Assembly (NCBI GenBank): GCA_902536925.1 | Contig: CACAZL010000002.1 | Location: forward strand, 25,762-89,761 | Origin: an uncultured Pelagibacteraceae bacterium | GTDB lineage: Bacteria > Pseudomonadota > Alphaproteobacteria > Pelagibacterales > Pelagibacteraceae | Length of the DNA stretch: 64,000 nucleotides | Reading direction: 5' to 3' | Shown: positions 63,802 to 64,000 of the stretch, piece after piece | Layout of the letters: every line of letters starts with the position of its first letter | How positions within the stretch are numbered: position 1 is the stretch's first letter | Program-made: the position numbers and the translations under genes | The notes under the pieces: generated by a model | Told to the model about the DNA's origin: nothing | Databases searched by the model: none | What the model saw: only the letters and a program-made list of their open reading frames with translations

Positions 63802-64000
63802 TGTCAGATACAAAAAATCTTAATCATAACAGAAAAAAAGACTTTTTAAGTAAAGAGGTTGAACATATTGATATTACATCTTTTGACTCTAGAAAAATTA
63901 TATCTTCTATGGAAAAAATGTCTTTTGTTTCAAGAGAAACTGCTAATGCATCCAAGATATATAATGAAATGCTTAAAGATAAAGATTGTACAATATTCTT
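63801..64000 (+). CDS. 5' part of deoxyhypusine-synthase-like protein (partial)
   Basis: MSDTKN...VEHIDITSFDSRKIISSMEKMSFVSRETANA..IYNEML.DKDCTIF resembles bacterial DHS/SpeY N-termini; TAATG overlap with the decarboxylase. Confidence 0.7.
   Translation, partial: MSDTKNLNHNRKKDFLSKEVEHIDITSFDSRKIISSMEKMSFVSRETANASKIYNEMLKDKDCTIF

Overview
Very AT-rich, extremely gene-dense bacterial chromosome segment with tiny or overlapping intergenic spaces. Gene content (chvI/chvG, regA, DUF1476 zeta subunit, tsaE-amgK-murU, DUF2093) and style point to a streamlined marine alphaproteobacterium, most likely Pelagibacterales (SAR11); this is an inference. It is mostly core genome: lipid A genes (msbA-waaA-lpxK-lpxL), purD, pgi, lspA-ileS-ribF, groESL, typA, tldD/pmbA, isocitrate lyase with a divergent RamB/PrpR(ScfR)-type regulator, cfa, ptrB, ibpA, a BMP-family purine/nucleoside ABC importer with a purine phosphoribosyltransferase, msrA-sseA-RND pump, peptidoglycan recycling, ahcY, polA, bioY, and ornithine decarboxylase followed by a deoxyhypusine-synthase-like gene. 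I saw no tRNA, rRNA, CRISPR array, integrase or transposase. Most notable: (1) an aceA control module with a His/Cys-rich small ORF and RamB-like operator repeats; (2) an RND adaptor apparently lacking the alpha-hairpin; (3) a minimal ROSE-like thermometer and sigma32 promoter at ibpA; (4) a structured, uORF-containing leader before ornithine decarboxylase; (5) a protein with a Lys-rich tail and long coiled coil; (6) apparently widespread leaderless gene starts. All calls come from motif recognition by eye; no database searches were run.
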